Assembly (NCBI GenBank): GCA_046716885.1 | Contig: JBKJWL010000238.1 | Coordinates: forward strand, 30,830 to 94,829 | Length of the DNA stretch: 64,000 bases | Direction: 5' to 3' | Origin: Thermoanaerobaculia bacterium | GTDB taxonomy: Bacteria; Acidobacteriota; Thermoanaerobaculia; UBA5066; Gp7-AA6 | Made by a program: the position numbers and the translations under genes | Notes under the pieces: generated by a model | What the model saw: the letters and a program-made list of their open reading frames with translations, nothing else | Database searches by the model: none | What the model was told of the DNA's origin: nothing | Part shown: piece after piece, positions 59,212 to 64,000 of the stretch | Position numbering within the stretch: the first letter of the stretch is position 1 | Layout of the letters: each line of letters opens with the position of its first letter

Positions 59212-62200
59212 GTGCAGACAAGTCTTCTCCCCAGGGTGCTCGCAAGCAGAAGAGGCGGCTTCCTAACCTGCGTCGCCGTTGCCTTGCTTAGCCTTCCAGT
59301 CCTCGCCCAGGAAGGCCCCGACGATGATCCCGACACCGCAACGGGCTACGTCAACAACATGTTTCATCACTCGTCGGTCGACTCGATCAACCTGTACAAC
59401 GGCTCGCTTACGATCCCGATCCCGATCGGGCCCTCTTACCCGGTCGGACCGAAGCTCAAGTTCCAGGCGATGCTCACGTACAGCTCCAAGGTCTGGGAGT
59501 ACGGACACCCGAGCCGGAGCGCGCCGCCCGATTTCGGTAATCTTTGGTCTCCCCTGGTCGCGGATCCCGCGATCGGCCTCGGCTGGACCTTTAGTCTCGG
59601 GGCCATCAAGAAGTGCGGCCTAAACCAGCTCAGCAATTGCTACGTCGGCCCGGATGGGTCTGAGCATCAGTTCTTCGGCATGAAGACGAAGGATGCCTCC
59701 CAGCTCTTGCTCAAGGGCGACGACACCAACGGGTGGGAGATGTGGGACGGGGACGGGAACCACTACGAGTTCCGCGACCGGGTGACCGGGTACGACGACC
59801 CGTATGACAACTACACGCACACTCTCGGCCGGGGACGCAACGGATGGTACCTGTCCGATTTGACGGACCCGTTCAACAATGCAATTCACGTCACGTATCA
59901 CCCGAACCTCGGATCGGTTCCCTGCTGGGGAACGAGCATGGTCTGCACGAGCAGCACCGGCTCCCCCTCCTGGATTCCAGCGACAATCGCCGGTCCTTCC
60001 TGGTCAGTCAACGTTGCCCTCGACGGCAGCGGAAGAATCCAGGCGTTTTCCCTTCCCGTCATCGGCGCGACGCCCGTGACTTGGTTGCTCGGCTACGGAT
60101 TGGTTTCACTGGCACAGACGACGCCGAATCCAGCCTCCGTCAGCGCGACCACGCTAACCTCAATTACGCTGCCGACGACCACGCATTCCGCGTCGTACAA
60201 CTTCAGCTACAAACCGGGCGGCACGGGCTATACAGGCGGCTACGGTGGCCTGATACAGACCATGACTCTCCCCACGCAGGGGGTTATTTCGTACATATGG
60301 TCTACCTACTCGTTCTACCATGCCCGCCGATCCGGGCTCCTCAACTGCAGCTCCGAGTTGCCACCCGCTGATGCAGAGGTCTTGATCTCGGTCCGCCCGG
60401 CTCAGGGGATCATCACGGCCCCTGCTCCAGAGGCCCCTTCGCTCAGTGGTTGCGTTCCCGGAGGTCCGCTCGAGTTTATCCAGTACGCGGACCAGGTGGC
60501 GGGCGTAGCTCGAAGGACGGAAACACTCGGCGCTCAGAACTCGAGCACTGACTACGTCCAGCTCTCCTACCCCTTCAGCGAGCAAGGCACGCCGACAAAC
60601 CGCTGCGACTTTCGCGGTTGCGGATCCCAGACATTGACGCTGGCCATCTCCCCTCCCGGGATCGATCTGAAATCCCATGCGACGGCCACTCTGTTCTGGG
60701 GCACCCCCAGCGCGACCGACACGTCTCCACCTCGGCCGGGCGACCGCACGGGGGCAGACATCGAGACGCGGGTCTTCGATTTCGATCCCTGGGGATTCCC
60801 GGGGCCTTCCAGCATCGCGTACCCAGCCTGCGGCACGGCCAATAGCTTTTGTCCGGGTAAGGCCGTGCGCGTGACGCAGCGCACGTTCGAATACGACTCG
60901 CCGTTGCCGGGAAACCGGCGCGTCCTTTTCGAAAGGACGTGGCACCAGGCGCCCACCCTCACCGGAACTTGCGTCGGCTGTAAGTACACCGAGACGGCGT
61001 ACTCCCCCAGCGGAAGTGCCTGGGAGACCAACGGGAGGCACTACGGCACGGAGATCCGGTCCGGCAATCTCGCAGGGGCGGGAACCGAGACAAGAACGAC
61101 CACGACGACTTGGACGCCGGTGAACTGGGCCTCCGGACCGACCGGTGATGACGTCGTGCTTCCAAACCTCTCCAGTCAGGTTCAGACGACCGAAGGCACG
61201 CGAACGATCAAGAGGTTTCTGGAGTACGACGTAGTCCCAACTTCCGCCAACGGGTTCCTCAAGGGCCAGCTCACCTGGGATGATGTCGGCGACACGGCGT
61301 ACGTGAGCTGCCGCTTCGCAGACGGTGCGGGCAGCGTCGATTCGGATCTCGTCACCAGCTTCGCTTCGACGGGACAGCCCACGAACGCCAGCACTTACTG
61401 CACCGCCAACTTCACTCCCAGCACTTCCGTAGGTCAGGACAGCACGAAGTTCGGAAAGAAGTACACGTACCAGAACGGCCAGCTCCTCACAGCGCGATGG
61501 ATCAACGGAACCAACTACCTAAGCTCGTGGTATGCACGCCGCCATACCCGCGAGCCGAAGACCGGCTGGGTCACGGACTCCTACGACTCTGCCTCGGTCA
61601 AGACCCACTACGACTACGACAATCTCGGGCGCGTGACAACTATTACGCCGGATGGCGAGACCCCGACCAACATCCTGTATAACTCCACGACCCAGACCAC
61701 GGCGACCCGCAGCGGCGGCGCCGGCCTCTCCACGTGGCAGCGCTACGAATACGACGGGCTCGGCCGGTTGATCCGCGAGAAGAAGACGATCCCCGGCGAC
61801 GCAATCGTAAAGCGCTTCACGCTGCTCGACCTCGCGGGTCACGACTATTTTCACTCGGAATGGCTGATCGAGACGGCCGGTGAGACTGTCTCCGCGACGA
61901 CCATGACCACGTGCAAGTACACGAACCAGGGCGGTGCGGAGGCAAACTACACAGCCTACCGACCGACCGTCGCGTCCGGCACCTATACCACCTGTTTCGA
62001 CCCTTTCGGACGCCCCCAGAAGGTCGTCGGAGCGAAGCACAACAGCATTCAGACAATCTATCGGACAGATGGTCTGTCGCTTCACAGCGATTCCCTCGAG
62101 ACGGTCACCAGTTACTGCGTCAACGGTTGGTTCACGGGTGCGACCTGCAACGGCACGTCCCCCCTCACTCCACTCACGACGTCCAAGCGCGACACCTTCG

Positions 62201-64000
62201 GCCGGATCCTCACTGTGACCGAGCCGAGCCTCGACCTGACGACCTACGCCTACGACACGACCAACAAGCTGACCTCGGTTACTCAGACTCCGCAGTTGGC
62301 CCGCACGTTCACCTACGACGCCTCTGGCAACACGAAGACAGAGAACACCCCCGAGAAGGGTGCGGTGACCTACACTTACGGAGGCCTTGGCAATCTCCTG
62401 ACCGAGTTGCTTCCGGGTCCCCTGACCGTCACACGCTCCTACGACTTCGCGGGACGCCTGACCACCGTCGTCGCCGGCGGGCAGACCTTCGTTTCAAACT
62501 GTTACGACGGCGCGGTCGGGTGCTTTGCCGGCGGCACCGGTAATTACAAGCTAGGCAAACTCACTCGCCGCATCGGCTACAACCCGGCGAGCAGCCCGAC
62601 CTCGAACGTCACCCAGGATTTCACCTACTCAGGCCCCACCGGACGCCTTTCCAGCCGTTCCACGAGTGTTAGCGGCGGCAATCTGGGCCTGGTGGACAAG
62701 TGGGCCTACAACTCTCTGGGCCTGCTCTCGAACTACTGGCATCCGAGACTGTCAGGAGCCTCCCCCTTTCTCGTCTCCACACTCTACGATCAGGGGCTGC
62801 CGGTAACCGAGTACGCCAACGGCATTCCGATGGTCAGGAGCGTCACCTACCTGAACTCCGGCGCCCTGAACTCTTACAAGACCGGCCTGGGCACGGGTCA
62901 CGACGTGACCACCACGATCGCCCAGGATGCGACTCAGCTGCCCCGCCCGGGCTCGATCGGGACTTCCGGGGCTTCCACGAATTGGTCCTCAGGGACGTAC
63001 ACTTATGATGGTGCAGGCAACATCGTGAAGACCGGATCGGACACCTTTTCCTACGACGACAGGTCCCGGCTTCTCTCGGCTTTCTACTCCGGCAATGACA
63101 CCCAGTTCTTCTGCTACGACCGCTGGGGCAATCGGACGGCCAAGGCGTTCGGGGCCTCCCCTTCTTGCACCGCCTCCTGGTCGAACAACAAGGTTCCGGG
63201 AGGCGTGTACGACGCTCGCGGCAACATGACCGGCAACGGCGCAGAAGTCTACACGTTCGACAATCTCGACCGGCAGATCCGCCACGTGGGTACGACGACC
63301 TGGAACTACCTTTTCGACGCCGCCAGCGAACGGGTGGTCAAGGTGTTTACCTCGGGAAGCTGGATCTACACGCTGCGAGACGAAGGCAACCGTCTGGCGA
63401 CCGAGTACTCGGGATCCACGGTCAGCCGTGACCAGGTCTATCTCGGCAACCTCCTCGTTGCCTCATACGCCAACTGGAACGTTGGCGGCAACACCTACGT
63501 TTGGACCTATTACAGCTCAGATCACCTCGGCAGCCCGAGAGTCGTCACGGACATCGCAGGGACAACGAGGGATACCCCGCGGTACTGGCCCTACGGCGAG
63601 GAAGCCGTCGTCTCGATTGGTCCTCAGCGCGTTCGATTCGCGTCGATGGAGAGGGATACGGAAGCCTCCCGGTTCTTCGACCACGCACGGAACCACGAGT
63701 TCAATCTGGGACGGTTCTTAAGCCCGGACAAGGTGGGTGGAAAGATCGCGATCCCCCAGTCGTGGAATCGTTATACCTACAGCCTGAATAACCCGCTGAA
63801 CTATATTGACCCAACCGGTCTAGATTGGAGTCTCGCTACCGCCTATTCCAATGCATACACAGCAACGGCGGCGCGACTCCAATCGGCCACGCAGCATTTT
63901 AAGAATGCGCCCGTGTTTCGGCCCCAAGCCAAGGTGAGCCTCGGAGGAGCTGTGAAACTCGGCCCGATAGGCCGCGTGGGAGTCGAAGCCTCGTTAGGTT
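59212..64000 (+). CDS. RHS/YD-repeat polymorphic-toxin protein with a Sec signal peptide. It is partial: it is open at the window end and the C-terminal toxin domain continues beyond 64000.
   Basis: The GTG at 59212 lies 5 nt after AGGAGG. The open frame runs more than 1590 codons to the window edge. A signal peptide (LTCVAVALLSLPVLAQEG) is followed by many YD repeats (YDYDNLGRVTTI, YEYDGLGRLIRE, YAYDTTNKLTSV, FTYDASGNTKTE, YTYDGAGNIVKT, FSYDDRSRLLSA, YTFDNLDRQIRH). The RHS core then ends ...PRYWPYGE...RFFDHARNHEFNLGRFLSPDKVG...WNRYTYSLNNPLNYIDPTGL at ~63822. The variable C-terminal tail starts there. Confidence 0.9.
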   Translation, partial: MQTSLLPRVLASRRGGFLTCVAVALLSLPVLAQEGPDDDPDTATGYVNNMFHHSSVDSINLYNGSLTIPIPIGPSYPVGPKLKFQAMLTYSSKVWEYGHPSRSAPPDFGNLWSPLVADPAIGLGWTFSLGAIKKCGLNQLSNCYVGPDGSEHQFFGMKTKDASQLLLKGDDTNGWEMWDGDGNHYEFRDRVTGYDDPYDNYTHTLGRGRNGWYLSDLTDPFNNAIHVTYHPNLGSVPCWGTSMVCTSSTGSPSWIPATIAGPSWSVNVALDGSGRIQAFSLPVIGATPVTWLLGYGLVSLAQTTPNPASVSATTLTSITLPTTTHSASYNFSYKPGGTGYTGGYGGLIQTMTLPTQGVISYIWSTYSFYHARRSGLLNCSSELPPADAEVLISVRPAQGIITAPAPEAPSLSGCVPGGPLEFIQYADQVAGVARRTETLGAQNSSTDYVQLSYPFSEQGTPTNRCDFRGCGSQTLTLAISPPGIDLKSHATATLFWGTPSATDTSPPRPGDRTGADIETRVFDFDPWGFPGPSSIAYPACGTANSFCPGKAVRVTQRTFEYDSPLPGNRRVLFERTWHQAPTLTGTCVGCKYTETAYSPSGSAWETNGRHYGTEIRSGNLAGAGTETRTTTTTWTPVNWASGPTGDDVVLPNLSSQVQTTEGTRTIKRFLEYDVVPTSANGFLKGQLTWDDVGDTAYVSCRFADGAGSVDSDLVTSFASTGQPTNASTYCTANFTPSTSVGQDSTKFGKKYTYQNGQLLTARWINGTNYLSSWYARRHTREPKTGWVTDSYDSASVKTHYDYDNLGRVTTITPDGETPTNILYNSTTQTTATRSGGAGLSTWQRYEYDGLGRLIREKKTIPGDAIVKRFTLLDLAGHDYFHSEWLIETAGETVSATTMTTCKYTNQGGAEANYTAYRPTVASGTYTTCFDPFGRPQKVVGAKHNSIQTIYRTDGLSLHSDSLETVTSYCVNGWFTGATCNGTSPLTPLTTSKRDTFGRILTVTEPSLDLTTYAYDTTNKLTSVTQTPQLARTFTYDASGNTKTENTPEKGAVTYTYGGLGNLLTELLPGPLTVTRSYDFAGRLTTVVAGGQTFVSNCYDGAVGCFAGGTGNYKLGKLTRRIGYNPASSPTSNVTQDFTYSGPTGRLSSRSTSVSGGNLGLVDKWAYNSLGLLSNYWHPRLSGASPFLVSTLYDQGLPVTEYANGIPMVRSVTYLNSGALNSYKTGLGTGHDVTTTIAQDATQLPRPGSIGTSGASTNWSSGTYTYDGAGNIVKTGSDTFSYDDRSRLLSAFYSGNDTQFFCYDRWGNRTAKAFGASPSCTASWSNNKVPGGVYDARGNMTGNGAEVYTFDNLDRQIRHVGTTTWNYLFDAASERVVKVFTSGSWIYTLRDEGNRLATEYSGSTVSRDQVYLGNLLVASYANWNVGGNTYVWTYYSSDHLGSPRVVTDIAGTTRDTPRYWPYGEEAVVSIGPQRVRFASMERDTEASRFFDHARNHEFNLGRFLSPDKVGGKIAIPQSWNRYTYSLNNPLNYIDPTGLDWSLATAYSNAYTATAARLQSATQHFKNAPVFRPQAKVSLGGAVKLGPIGRVGVEASLG

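Overview
This 64 kb window is high-GC (about 68% by eye) bacterial chromosomal DNA from a diderm organism. A SurA-like chaperone, a membrane-fusion efflux adaptor and SLH surface proteins are present; the gene content resembles Acidobacteriota, but that is an inference. From start to end it contains: three tandem paralogous Ser/Thr kinases with C-terminal TolB-like beta-propellers (the first partial); a dodecin gene; an operon of one membrane-fusion adaptor plus three FtsX/MacB-type permeases with no ATPase; tRNA-Arg(ACG) directly beside tadA; tRNA-Ser(CGA) with degenerate partial copies; an ABC-2 exporter pair; and tRNA-Glu(CTC) followed by a ~1.8 kb lower-GC islet. The islet carries a DinB-like gene, a small membrane protein, structured direct repeats and tRNA-Glu pseudogene copies. 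After it come a frameshifted osmC-like gene, an ACT-domain protein, an ICL/PEP-mutase family enzyme, two large membrane proteins, pyruvate kinase and a YbaN-like protein. A complete minus-strand dcw cluster follows (mraZ-rsmH-ftsL-ftsI-murE-murF-mraY-murD-ftsW-murG-murC-ftsQ-ftsA-ftsZ, with no murB or ddl). The remainder holds an AlkA-like glycosylase, a SurA-like PPIase, mfd, a cysteine desulfurase, a tandem-domain ThyX, a Ser/Thr kinase fused to a TPR array, and a cell-surface and toxin neighbourhood. That neighbourhood has two SLH-domain proteins, a divergent sigma-70/ECF-like factor, a DUF11/DUF4082 secreted protein, and a Sec-signal RHS/YD-repeat toxin that runs off the window end. I saw no CRISPR array, integrase, transposase or rRNA. 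Many long ORFs in the supplied track are GC-driven antisense or N-terminally over-extended artefacts, and I trimmed or rejected them.
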